The translations under genes and the position numbers were made by a program. Shown here piece by piece: positions 37,801-46,670 of a stretch of 64,000 nucleotides of DNA. The notes beneath the pieces were generated by a model, which did not search any database, had not been told where the DNA came from, and saw only the letters and a list, made by a program, of their open reading frames with translations. The number at the start of each line of letters is the position of its first letter. Position 1 is the first letter of the stretch. Origin of the DNA: Candidatus Micrarchaeota archaeon. GTDB lineage: Archaea; Micrarchaeota; Micrarchaeia; Anstonellales; Bilamarchaeaceae. Location: contig JBBSVN010000001.1 in assembly GCA_038046765.1 (NCBI GenBank), forward strand, positions 13,293 to 77,292, in the 5' to 3' direction.

Positions 37801-38283
37801 ATGAATAAAACTAGAAAATCAGTAATTGCAGCTTCGATCGTAATTAGTGCAGTCGGTTTAAACGTGGCAGATTGGAAACAAAAGCAACCTCAAAATGAAC
37901 AAAACAGAAAACCCACGACTATAGTTAATCTTAGGTCAGAGCTAATTGATAGCGAGCAAATTTTTAGGGAATTGAATTACTTACAAATGAATCCGGTGCC
38001 CATGGGTGAACGTGCGGAAAGATCCCTTTTGTTAAGAAATAAAGTTCTAGAGAAGGTTAGGGAATTTGAATCAGAAATTAGCAAAGCACGTACACCTAGA
38101 GAACTAAAAATAATCGTAACTGAGATAAACTCATTTTTGGAAGAATTTGGTGCAATAAGTCCATCTGAGTTAAAACGAGGACGCCCTATGTTTAATGAAC
38201 TTTTAGAAATGGCAAAGAAAAAGGGGGAAAATTTAGTTGCAACTAAGTTTAATTTGTTAGATAGTCTAGGAATTCATCCATAA
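37801..38283 (+). CDS. small N-terminally anchored helical protein
   Basis: ATG at 37801 (MNKTRKSVIAASIVISAVGL...). The track ORF from 37528 is an antisense extension over map. Convergent with, and 1 nt from, the HExxH gene. Confidence 0.5.
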   Translation: MNKTRKSVIAASIVISAVGLNVADWKQKQPQNEQNRKPTTIVNLRSELIDSEQIFRELNYLQMNPVPMGERAERSLLLRNKVLEKVREFESEISKARTPRELKIIVTEINSFLEEFGAISPSELKRGRPMFNELLEMAKKKGENLVATKFNLLDSLGIHP

Positions 38284-38284
38284 T

Positions 38285-39769
38285 CTATTTTTTCTTATCT
38301 TCAATACTTGGAATTTCTTTTGCAAGAGCAACGGTCTCAAATTCAGGTATAAGTTGTAAAGTTCTTAAAATCTCAAATCTTGGGTCAGACCTCACTCTTT
38401 TAACATATTCGTTGTTAGGGTCTGCTTTTTTCAATTCTCTAAACTTAGTCCATAAAAGAGCAGTCGCTCGCATACCTCTTCTTTGTGATTCTGTTGAGTT
38501 TGCATTACCTGTTACAAATGCATTTTGTGAATTTGTTATGTCTCCTCCCCAAGCGTGTGTTTTATCTCCTGTTAATATCGCCATCAGACCGCGCGACATG
38601 CCGCCTGGAGGGTAATAACTTGAGTCTTTTTTGAAAATTTGGTCTAACTGTTTGGTAAATTCATCAAAACCAGTACCATTAATTTTAAGGTAATTTTCTT
38701 CGCCATTTGGAAGATGTGCAAAAAATAGATACAGAAGTTGGTTATATACATAAACTTTTTCAGATGCAGCAGTATTGTATCCCTTACTCTTGGCAATTTC
38801 GATTGAAGTAACCTGCGCGTATCCTTCTTTTAATGGATAAAGTATATTACTTTGGTCAAAATGATGTAATTGTTCATGAACAGATGCAACATATATCGTG
38901 CCATCATCAGGTTTAGCTTTAACCATTGATTCTAAATTAAAGAGCACATTGCCGCTATGTCTATGATATATTCCAAATGCCAGACCAGGAATATAATCGA
39001 CATTATCAAATGGTTGTGGTTCTCGTGCACCGCCATCGGTCCCAGTTTGTTTTACTTCTGATTTTTCAGGGATATCAACTGGTACCTGGACATTTACGCT
39101 AGCTCCGTTTCCGAATCTTCTTAAGAGATTAGCTGGGATGTTTGTGCGATTACCATAATATTCTCTAACTGCTGCAACTGCACTATCTTTATAATCTATA
39201 AGTTCTTTTTTTACTTTTGTGTGCTGGGTACCTAATATTTTTGCATTTTCAATAAAATGAATTACTTCGGGGCGTTTAAGAAGAAGATCTACAACAGAAG
39301 AAAATTCAGGTAGTTTATCTGTCTGTTTTTCTTTAACAATTTCTTTTTTCCCTTCTTCGGATTTTTGTTCCTCTTTCACTAGCTTTATTGGTTTAGTCAT
39401 CTTTGCCAAATATCTGCTTGCTTCATAGTAATGCTCTTTTTGATCTCCCGTTCTACCAGCTAGTTCGTAAGCTATTTCTTCTGTTGCTTTAGTGATAATT
39501 TTTCCTTTTTTCCTCTCCGCTGCAATTTCTATTTCGATAGCTTTTACTGGACTTTGCTCGGCAAGTTTGGAAAATAATGTTGCCTTTAATCTTCCGGTAC
39601 CTCCGCTAGAATTAGTAAGAATCGCGTCAACTTCCTTTGAATTGTTTAATACTAAATTTCTATTAAGATAAAACTCAAAAACAGATTCAGTTTTTTTACC
39701 TAGTTTCCTGTTTTTTATATCTTCACGCGCGTCAAATTCTTTTGGTGCTCCAGTTGTCATTTCTGCCAT
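38285..39769 (-). CDS. HExxH protein (putative zinc metallopeptidase), paralogue 1
   Basis: VHEQLHH followed by KEGYAQ. The N-terminal region aligns by eye with 44755-46035 (SVFEFYLNRNL vs SVLEYYQLTYL; IEIEIAAERKKGKI vs LRIEISAMEKKHGI). ATG 39769 is preferred to the track start 39832. Confidence 0.6.
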   Translation of the reverse strand: MAEMTTGAPKEFDAREDIKNRKLGKKTESVFEFYLNRNLVLNNSKEVDAILTNSSGGTGRLKATLFSKLAEQSPVKAIEIEIAAERKKGKIITKATEEIAYELAGRTGDQKEHYYEASRYLAKMTKPIKLVKEEQKSEEGKKEIVKEKQTDKLPEFSSVVDLLLKRPEVIHFIENAKILGTQHTKVKKELIDYKDSAVAAVREYYGNRTNIPANLLRRFGNGASVNVQVPVDIPEKSEVKQTGTDGGAREPQPFDNVDYIPGLAFGIYHRHSGNVLFNLESMVKAKPDDGTIYVASVHEQLHHFDQSNILYPLKEGYAQVTSIEIAKSKGYNTAASEKVYVYNQLLYLFFAHLPNGEENYLKINGTGFDEFTKQLDQIFKKDSSYYPPGGMSRGLMAILTGDKTHAWGGDITNSQNAFVTGNANSTESQRRGMRATALLWTKFRELKKADPNNEYVKRVRSDPRFEILRTLQLIPEFETVALAKEIPSIEDKKK

Positions 39770-39953
39770 ACAATAATATGAGATTAACTTAATTAAAAAA
39801 GCTACGTGCCAATGGCTAAGAACTAAAGGCAACTAAATAGGTACCTTGGCTTAACCGTATATTAAGTTTATTTTAATGTAAAACAATGGTTTATAAATAC
39901 TTCGATGCACATTGTATTTACTAATAATTACAACATTTAGAGGCGTTAATTTT

Positions 39954-40829
39954 ATGAGCACAACAATTCAACAACCAACTCAAAGAATAAGAGGCCCAAA
40001 GTTAGAAGTGTTCATATCAAGATTATATGGTCTTCCTTTTGATGAAGAATTAGCTAGAGCAGATAAAGATAATAGAGTTATTGTTTCTAGTAAAAGACTA
40101 AGTTCAGCCCTAATTGGAAGCGATGAATGGAAAGCAATCAAAAAAGCTTTTGCTTGCTGGTCTGGAACTATGACTGCTTATGTTGAACCAAATGTAGAAC
40201 TTGGGCAAGCTGCTAGAAGACTTAGCGATCTTGGAGATTTTCCTAAGTTAAGTAAAAATCAGTACGAACATGCTATTGTTTATACTGACCCCCAAACAGG
40301 AAATGATTGGATCTTTCCAATTCCAGAAAAATATTTAAGAGTAAAAAATGGAATTTTAGTTATTGAGCACCCTGATTATGGTTTAGATAGAGAAGGAACA
40401 AATAGATTAGTTTTACCAGTATCAGTTGAAAGAGTTGATTTAGTTGAAGGTTTTCCAGTTCGAAATGGTTGGTATTTACCAGATGCGATTCATGGAATAC
40501 CTCAAACAAGTCAAGTAGATTATTCAACTAAAGCTAGACACTTGTGGAGAGTTGATAAAAGAGTTGGTCCGGTTAGGCTCGGCTACGACGACATGGGCGG
40601 CATCGACGACATTAACGGGCGGTATGTCGACTTTGACGATAGGCCGTCCAATGGTTACGGGCTGGTAACAGAGGCCAGCGAAGCTGGCACGCCGGCTACA
40701 AAAGACGAAATTAAAACTAGTAGACAATCTAGCGTCATTCAGTTAAATGAAGGAGACTCCGAATTAATAATTCGAGGAAGCGATGCAAAAATTGAAGCAG
40801 CTTTAAGACTTTTAGAAAGTTTGAGATAA
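39954..40829 (+). CDS. stand-alone protein carrying the same C-terminal module as the kinase (variable-looking)
   Basis: Shares FACWSGT / NGWY..D..GIP / AR.LWR....VGP..G.D with kinase residues FPCRTGT / DGWY..D..GIP / ARFLWR....VGP..GFD. ATG at 39954 is preferred. Confidence 0.6.
   Translation: MSTTIQQPTQRIRGPKLEVFISRLYGLPFDEELARADKDNRVIVSSKRLSSALIGSDEWKAIKKAFACWSGTMTAYVEPNVELGQAARRLSDLGDFPKLSKNQYEHAIVYTDPQTGNDWIFPIPEKYLRVKNGILVIEHPDYGLDREGTNRLVLPVSVERVDLVEGFPVRNGWYLPDAIHGIPQTSQVDYSTKARHLWRVDKRVGPVRLGYDDMGGIDDINGRYVDFDDRPSNGYGLVTEASEAGTPATKDEIKTSRQSSVIQLNEGDSELIIRGSDAKIEAALRLLESLR
40566..40699 (+). other. second local G+C-rich, NNC-codon patch with embedded hairpin (DGR VR-like)
   Basis: 19 of 45 codons end in C. 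Hairpin GCCAGC-gaa-GCTGGC at 40674-40688. The flanks return to AT-rich composition. Confidence 0.6.
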
Positions 40830-40837
40830 AATTAATT

Positions 40838-41227
40838 TTAAATTTTTCTTAATGTCTCCTCTGGTTTAAGTATTATTATTTCCCTAAATTTCTCTAAGTC
40901 CAAGAGATGATGATCATACGAAACAATAAAATCAGCATTAGCTTCTACTGCCCCTTCTAAGACTTTGTCATCATCCGAATCTACTTTAATAAATTCTATT
41001 TTCTCTTTTGGAAAAACTATTATTAAAATCTTTATAAGTTCCTTTATTCTCTCATCCTTCTCTTCTTCATTATGTTCGAAATCTCTTTTTAAAATTTCCC
41101 CATATTCTTCCAAGATTTCTGGACTTGTAAATCCTTCGATTTGTTTTTCTTGTATTTTAAGAAGTAATTCATAAGCGACGCCCTTAGAGATCGTACCTGA
41201 AATTAGTACGTTTGTATCAAGAAAAAT
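40838..41227 (-). CDS. PIN-domain toxin (PIN_3 type), apparent ATT start or TAG read-through
   Basis: The track ORF starts at TTG 41113. In-frame upstream codons encode TTKIFLDTNVLISGTISKG, the canonical PIN N-terminus. They begin directly after the antitoxin TAG (41237-41239) in the same frame, with no ATG/GTG/TTG in between. Confidence 0.65.
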   Translation of the reverse strand: MFLDTNVLISGTISKGVAYELLLKIQEKQIEGFTSPEILEEYGEILKRDFEHNEEEKDERIKELIKILIIVFPKEKIEFIKVDSDDDKVLEGAVEANADFIVSYDHHLLDLEKFREIIILKPEETLRKI

Positions 41228-41236
41228 CTTAGTAGT

Positions 41237-41512
41237 CTAAGGAACGCCGCGCCTCTTGTGAACTATCTTTACTACGTCTTCTTGTTTTATTCCCAAAGAT
41301 TTGGCTTTTTTACTGCTCTCTTCTACAAGTTTGTCCCATGAAGATTTAAAATCTTCTTTACTCGGTTTGTAAACTTTTTTTAGCATAATTGTATCTCCTG
41401 TACCAAATACTGCGAATACTGTACCTTTTCCCGCTTTAATCTCGTTACGAATGTCCAATGGTATTACTATTTGCCCTTTTGATGTCATATGTGTTATTTC
41501 GACTTCCGACAT
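41237..41512 (-). CDS. AbrB/MazE-type antitoxin
   Basis: MTSKGQIVIPLDIRNEIKAGKGTVF is the SpoVT-AbrB signature. Confidence 0.75.
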   Translation of the reverse strand: MSEVEITHMTSKGQIVIPLDIRNEIKAGKGTVFAVFGTGDTIMLKKVYKPSKEDFKSSWDKLVEESSKKAKSLGIKQEDVVKIVHKRRGVP

Positions 41513-41610
41513 ATTATCACCTAGTAGTATATTCTTACTTTCTTACTTTATAAATGTTGTGGCATAATACAATAAGTTCTTTTCTGTTTGAACAAGCTAC
41601 CTATAATCAT

Positions 41611-44196
41611 TTAAATTTTCCAATACTTTTTATTTTTAATAAACATTTTCTGCGAGTTTAGTAAATCAAGATAAAACTGTTCTTCATTTGGGTGTAATTT
41701 CTTTAATACGCGCTCAGCTCCGCCAACTCCAATTCCATAAACTGAAAATGCAATTATCGCCAAAATTCCGTAGTTTCGTATCAATCTGGATTTAGCTAAT
41801 AAAACTTCTCTTTTTTCTCCCTCGCGCTCGATCATTGTAAAAGATATTGTATTACATTTTTGACAAATAATTTTTTCTTTGCCTTCCTCTAGATGTCCTC
41901 CAATGTGCAGATATCTTGTAGCACCACAATTCATACATTTAAGCGAAACTGTTTTTTCAATCGTCCTTTCCTTTAATGCCTTTACCATCGCTGCTCTAGG
42001 CTCGAAACCCCCTATTGCTTCGCCCGAAGATACGCGGTCGATACCAATCTTTCCAAAATAGCTAAAACTTTCGCGTTTGTCAAATATAAATTTAATTTCT
42101 TTTTTATCAATTTTGCTCGCAATTTTTTCTAAACTATCTACATCGAAATATCTGAAAAATGTGCTTCTTAAGGCCTCTTCATAAACTACGCTGTTTTTTA
42201 ACGCATCAATAAATCTGTGCGTTACTATCGCATCTTCTTTTAAAAGTCCAAATAGCCGCCCTACATGCGTGAACCTGGATTTTAGAAGCATTGAATTTTC
42301 AAGACTAAGTTCTAACTGCTTAGTTGGGGATTTTATACTTCGAATCGCATTTTCTAAGTTTTTATTATCTAGTGGAAAAGGAAGCTTTATCATTATTCTA
42401 TACGCATCAGCTACTGCTCTTACGCTTTCGCCAATTAATTTGGAAAGATTATACGATATTATTCTTCCAAATGCTTCGTTTATCTTAGTTCCAAAGCAGC
42501 AGTGTAAAATTACTGTTTGGTCAACCACTTCGATTATAATCGTCTGTTGGTCTGCAATAATTTTATCTTTTTTATATGCTTTTCTTAATTCGCCTACTCC
42601 CTTAGCTACTTCGTAGCTTATTGGTATATCCTCGCCCGTCCACTCTGGAATTGCGATATCTAATGCGATACTTGGATCAACTAAAACTTCACTTTCGGTT
42701 ATATCAATAACCTGCCATGGTGAACCTTTACATAAAAAGCTCGATCCGTTTTCTATGTTCATAACAAAGTCTTCATCTAAGCTTGCGATTATTGAATTAC
42801 TTGAAATATTTTTAAGCAGGTATTTTTTTCCTTTTGGTATTGTTGAAACATTGGTGTAATAATATTCGCGTGCACGCGGAGCATTTTTTATATGCGCATT
42901 TTCGCTTTCGCCTTGGTCATTAGTTATCTGCTCAAAATAAATTATGCCTTCTGCATAAAGTTGCACGGCTATTTTTTTTAATTTTTCAAATTCGATTCCG
43001 TACGCGTAAGACCTAGATAAGATTTCATGTATGCTTTTTAAGTCTGTTTTTCCCCGGTCAAAACAAATTCCTACGATTTGGTGAGCGATTACATCAAGCG
43101 CGCCTTTTTCAACATTTTTATCTTCAAGATAGGAATTTTCTGATAAAATTTTTATCATCTGTGCTTCAAGATAATCATCTAAATCTGATGTAAAAACTAT
43201 TCCTTTTGGTATTTTGTTTAGGCTATGCCCGCTTCTTCCAACTCGCTGTATTAAACGAAAAACTTGGTGCGGTGAGCCGTACTGAACTACTAGATCAATA
43301 TCTCCAATATCAATACCAAGCTCTAATGAACTGGTTGAAACTAGCGAGTGGATCTTACCTTGTTTAAATTGTTCTTCTGCATTTATTCTTACTTCTTTTG
43401 AAAGCGAGCCGTGGTGTATTTCAATCGGTGCTCCAAGTGTTCTTAAACTTGCACTTATTTCTTCAGCAGTACTTCGCGTGTTTGTAAATATTATCGCACG
43501 ATGATTTTTGGATAATTCACTTATTTGGGAAATTCGCTCTTCCTGTTTTGGTATGTGTTTTATTTCGATATGTCTTTCTCGTATCCTATCTACTTCCGCA
43601 ACAGAGTAGTTCCTAAATCCAAAAATTAGCCGTGCCGCTTCTTCCTCCTTTGCAACAGTTGCGCTTATTGCAATTCTTTTGAACTGGGCAATTTCTTCTA
43701 AGCGTTCTAAACCAAGCGATAACTGCGCGCCGCGTTTATTATCTAGTATATCATGAACTTCATCAACAATTACAAACTCGATGTTTTTTAGGTGTTCACG
43801 CATAACTCGTCCTAAGAGTAATGCCTGCAAACTTTCAGGAGTTGTAAGAAGTATTTGGGGCGGATTGTTTCGTTGTTTTGTCCGTTCGTACTGAGTCGTA
43901 TCTCCTGTTCGTACCTCATGACTTACCTCAAGGCGCTCGCACCACCAGTCAAATCTTTGGTATAAATCGCGATTTAGGCTTCGAAGTGGGGTTATATAAA
44001 GTGCTTTTATCCCCTGTTTTTTATCGCCTATTTTCTCTAGTACTGGTAGTAATGCGCACTCTGTTTTTCCGCTTCCGGTTGGAGCAATTATTATTGTATT
44101 TTCTCCAGATAGTATTTTGGGGATAGCAATTTTTTGTATGTGCGTCAAATCCCCGAACCGTTCGCGAATCAGTTCTGCAACTGTTGTCATATACAA
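41611..44196 (-). CDS. lhr: Lhr-family large SF2 helicase
   Basis: 861 aa. APTGSGKT, DEVH, SAT and QRVGRSGH motifs. Long C-terminal extension with Zn ribbon CMNCG...CQKCN. Confidence 0.85.
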   Translation of the reverse strand: MYMTTVAELIRERFGDLTHIQKIAIPKILSGENTIIIAPTGSGKTECALLPVLEKIGDKKQGIKALYITPLRSLNRDLYQRFDWWCERLEVSHEVRTGDTTQYERTKQRNNPPQILLTTPESLQALLLGRVMREHLKNIEFVIVDEVHDILDNKRGAQLSLGLERLEEIAQFKRIAISATVAKEEEAARLIFGFRNYSVAEVDRIRERHIEIKHIPKQEERISQISELSKNHRAIIFTNTRSTAEEISASLRTLGAPIEIHHGSLSKEVRINAEEQFKQGKIHSLVSTSSLELGIDIGDIDLVVQYGSPHQVFRLIQRVGRSGHSLNKIPKGIVFTSDLDDYLEAQMIKILSENSYLEDKNVEKGALDVIAHQIVGICFDRGKTDLKSIHEILSRSYAYGIEFEKLKKIAVQLYAEGIIYFEQITNDQGESENAHIKNAPRAREYYYTNVSTIPKGKKYLLKNISSNSIIASLDEDFVMNIENGSSFLCKGSPWQVIDITESEVLVDPSIALDIAIPEWTGEDIPISYEVAKGVGELRKAYKKDKIIADQQTIIIEVVDQTVILHCCFGTKINEAFGRIISYNLSKLIGESVRAVADAYRIMIKLPFPLDNKNLENAIRSIKSPTKQLELSLENSMLLKSRFTHVGRLFGLLKEDAIVTHRFIDALKNSVVYEEALRSTFFRYFDVDSLEKIASKIDKKEIKFIFDKRESFSYFGKIGIDRVSSGEAIGGFEPRAAMVKALKERTIEKTVSLKCMNCGATRYLHIGGHLEEGKEKIICQKCNTISFTMIEREGEKREVLLAKSRLIRNYGILAIIAFSVYGIGVGGAERVLKKLHPNEEQFYLDLLNSQKMFIKNKKYWKI

Positions 44197-44227
44197 ATAA
44201 TATATATGTTTTGAGCTATTAATATTT

Positions 44228-44755
44228 ATGGATGAAATTGAAGTTAAGGTAATTGAAGAAGATTTTACGCTAATTAGAAAGCAACTAATAAAATTAGGTG
44301 CTAAGAAAACATTTTCCGGTAAATTTTCAACTATTTATTTGGACACTTCCGACCTAAAATTTAAAAATGAGAAGAAAGTTTTGCGAGTCCGAGAAGGCAA
44401 GAAAAATGTAATTACTTTTAAAGAAACAGTTAGCGAGAGTGGCATAAGTATCTATGACGAACTGGAAACCGAGGTTAAAGATACAGAAATTCTTGTTCAA
44501 ATCCTAAAGCGACTTGGTTATATTATCTCTGATAAAATAGAAAAAATAAGAGAAATTTACGAGCTAGATGACGCGGAAATTGTTTTTGATAAGCTTCTTG
44601 GTAAATACTATTTTGTTCCAGAGTACATGGAAATCGAAGCATCTAATAAACAGATAATAGAATCATATATATCTAAATTAGGCGTAAAAAGCGAGAACAT
44701 AAAGTCTATAAATAGCCACGAACTTATTAATTATTATAAGAAAAAGAATGACTAG
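44228..44755 (+). CDS. CYTH-domain protein (CyaB/ThTPase family)
   Basis: N-terminal EIEVKV signature and alternating acidic/basic beta strands over 175 aa. Confidence 0.7.
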   Translation: MDEIEVKVIEEDFTLIRKQLIKLGAKKTFSGKFSTIYLDTSDLKFKNEKKVLRVREGKKNVITFKETVSESGISIYDELETEVKDTEILVQILKRLGYIISDKIEKIREIYELDDAEIVFDKLLGKYYFVPEYMEIEASNKQIIESYISKLGVKSENIKSINSHELINYYKKKND

Positions 44756-46035
44756 TGAAATTGATGGAAGCAACAAAAGTTTCTGCTTTAGAAAAAAAAG
44801 CACAAAGTGTTCTTGAATACTATCAACTTACTTACCTGCCAATTACTCTAAACAAAAGATCATTTACTGCAAAAGAATCAGAAGAGATTATTAAAAAGGC
44901 AGTTCTAACAAGTACAAATAATCCTTCTAAAATACGATCGGGAGTATTTAGGGAACTTACCTATCGAAATCCAGAACTTGCCTTAAGAATTGAAATTTCA
45001 GCAATGGAAAAAAAACATGGGATTAAATTAACAGAAGTCGAACAAAGTAATCTCGTAATGTTAACTGCAAAAACGTTTGTGCAAGATAAGTCTTTTAATA
45101 AAATAGAAGCGCATGAGGCATATCTGGGAGCAAGTAAAAAACTAAGTATTCTAGTAGAAAAAAAATTACAAAAACAAATTCCATCAACACCTAAAGAAGT
45201 TCCAATTGCAGCAGAAGATTTTGAAAAAGTCGTTGATACAACATACAAAAAAGCATTTGTTGATTTTAAATCTTTTTTAGATCGAACTGGATTTGGTGAT
45301 ATCTCAAAGAAAATGCCAACAGCGCCTCCAATAAATATTCTTGAATCAAATCCATCTAATCTTGCTGAGTATGATTCTGATAAAAAATCTATAAATATCT
45401 TTAAGGAAAACTTAAGAAAAAATCCTTCTTTACTTTATGGCACGCTTGTACATGAATTATTTCACGCAAGTTTTGATGCTTACGCAAGCAAAGATGCAAT
45501 GACAATCTTTGCGGGTAGTTCTGTTTTTTCACGAGTCATGAATGAAGGGCTAGCTGAGATAATGTCTGGTATTTTTAATGACTTAGAAAAAAGAAATGTT
45601 TACTATGGATCTAGAATAACTGCTGGCTTATTTAAGTGGATTCTTAGCTTGGACTCAACTGGTTTTAATTCAAAAGGTGGGATAACTGTTCCAGAAATCG
45701 GAAAAAATAAGGTTATGCGAGCAGTGCTAAACCATGATTGGCAATCATTAAGGGAAAGTTTTGATGCTAAATTCGGAAAGGATTCCTGGGGAGAATTTTT
45801 TAAGACTCTTACTCGGGATAAAGATAGGAAAATTATTGAAGATGAGGACAAATACGAAAAAGCCGCCATTAACGGAATGGTCTACATGTTAGATAATGTT
45901 TCTAAACTAGGTCAATCGGATGTTCAAAGAATGCTTTCATCAAGGATGATTCTTAATGATCCTGCTTTTAAAGATGTAAAAGACGCTTTATTTGAAGCTA
46001 GAAAAACGGCTATTTATGCTAAAGTTAGTAAGTAA
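44755..46035 (+). CDS. HExxH protein (putative zinc metallopeptidase), paralogue 2
   Basis: LVHELFHAS followed by NEGLAEIM. N-terminal region is homologous to 38285-39769. The GTG start overlaps the CYTH stop by 1 nt. Confidence 0.6.
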   Translation: MKLMEATKVSALEKKAQSVLEYYQLTYLPITLNKRSFTAKESEEIIKKAVLTSTNNPSKIRSGVFRELTYRNPELALRIEISAMEKKHGIKLTEVEQSNLVMLTAKTFVQDKSFNKIEAHEAYLGASKKLSILVEKKLQKQIPSTPKEVPIAAEDFEKVVDTTYKKAFVDFKSFLDRTGFGDISKKMPTAPPINILESNPSNLAEYDSDKKSINIFKENLRKNPSLLYGTLVHELFHASFDAYASKDAMTIFAGSSVFSRVMNEGLAEIMSGIFNDLEKRNVYYGSRITAGLFKWILSLDSTGFNSKGGITVPEIGKNKVMRAVLNHDWQSLRESFDAKFGKDSWGEFFKTLTRDKDRKIIEDEDKYEKAAINGMVYMLDNVSKLGQSDVQRMLSSRMILNDPAFKDVKDALFEARKTAIYAKVSK

Positions 46036-46534
46036 CTTTTGGACTAGCAGCTACTTTTCTTGTTCCCGTTTCTGCAATTTTTCCCAGTACTTCGTTTTCT
46101 ATTCTTTTTTTGGCAAATACGTCGTAAGTTTTTTCTAATCCTTGTTCAATCATTTCTTTTCTAAATTGTTCGATTTCAGCTTTAATTTTTTTAATTCCTT
46201 CCTCTTTTTTCTTTGAGTTAGAATCAGTTTGTAATTCTTTGGCTCTTTTACTCCATCCCTCTATTTTTTTATCCATCTGTTTATAGCTTGGGCTGCTGAA
46301 AAAAGAAAGCAAGTCTGATCCAAAATTTCTTAATGCCTTATCTGATTCTTCATCATAAACTAGTCTAGGCACTGCTGTTTTCAAATCTTTTCTTGGTTCC
46401 GACATTGGTTTTTGCACCTTAAATATTTTTGCATCAGGCGCGGAGTTTAGCATTCTTCTGCTTTGTTCGCTCCTGCAGCTTGGTGCATATAAGCAAAGTG
46501 CAAATATTAATGCTTTAGTGCGAGCGTACTTCAT
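46025..46534 (-). CDS. small signal/lipobox-like helical protein
   Basis: N-terminal hydrophobic segment with Cys (LCLYAPSC), then a Lys/Glu-rich helical region. Its 3' end overlaps the HExxH paralogue 2 by 11 nt (convergent). Confidence 0.5.
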   Translation of the reverse strand: MKYARTKALIFALCLYAPSCRSEQSRRMLNSAPDAKIFKVQKPMSEPRKDLKTAVPRLVYDEESDKALRNFGSDLLSFFSSPSYKQMDKKIEGWSKRAKELQTDSNSKKKEEGIKKIKAEIEQFRKEMIEQGLEKTYDVFAKKRIENEVLGKIAETGTRKVAASPKVTY

Positions 46535-46618
46535 AGTTATAGTGTGTTAAAATAAGTATTTAAATCTATAAGAATGGGTGTTAGATAATAAATTATAAAA
46601 AAAGAAATTAAAAAATCC

Positions 46619-46660
46619 AGAGAATTGCATTCTCTAGCTTTTCAAGCTCTGGCTTGAAAA
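46619..46660 (-). terminator. two adjacent hairpins followed by a U-run downstream of the small Cys-rich gene
   Basis: TTTTCAAGC/GCTTGAAAA (46639-46647 / 46652-46660) and AGAGAAT/ATTCTCT (46619-46625 / 46629-46635). The minus-strand transcript continues GGAUUUUUUAAUUUCUUUUUUU. Confidence 0.5.
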
Positions 46661-46670
46661 TCAAATTTAT

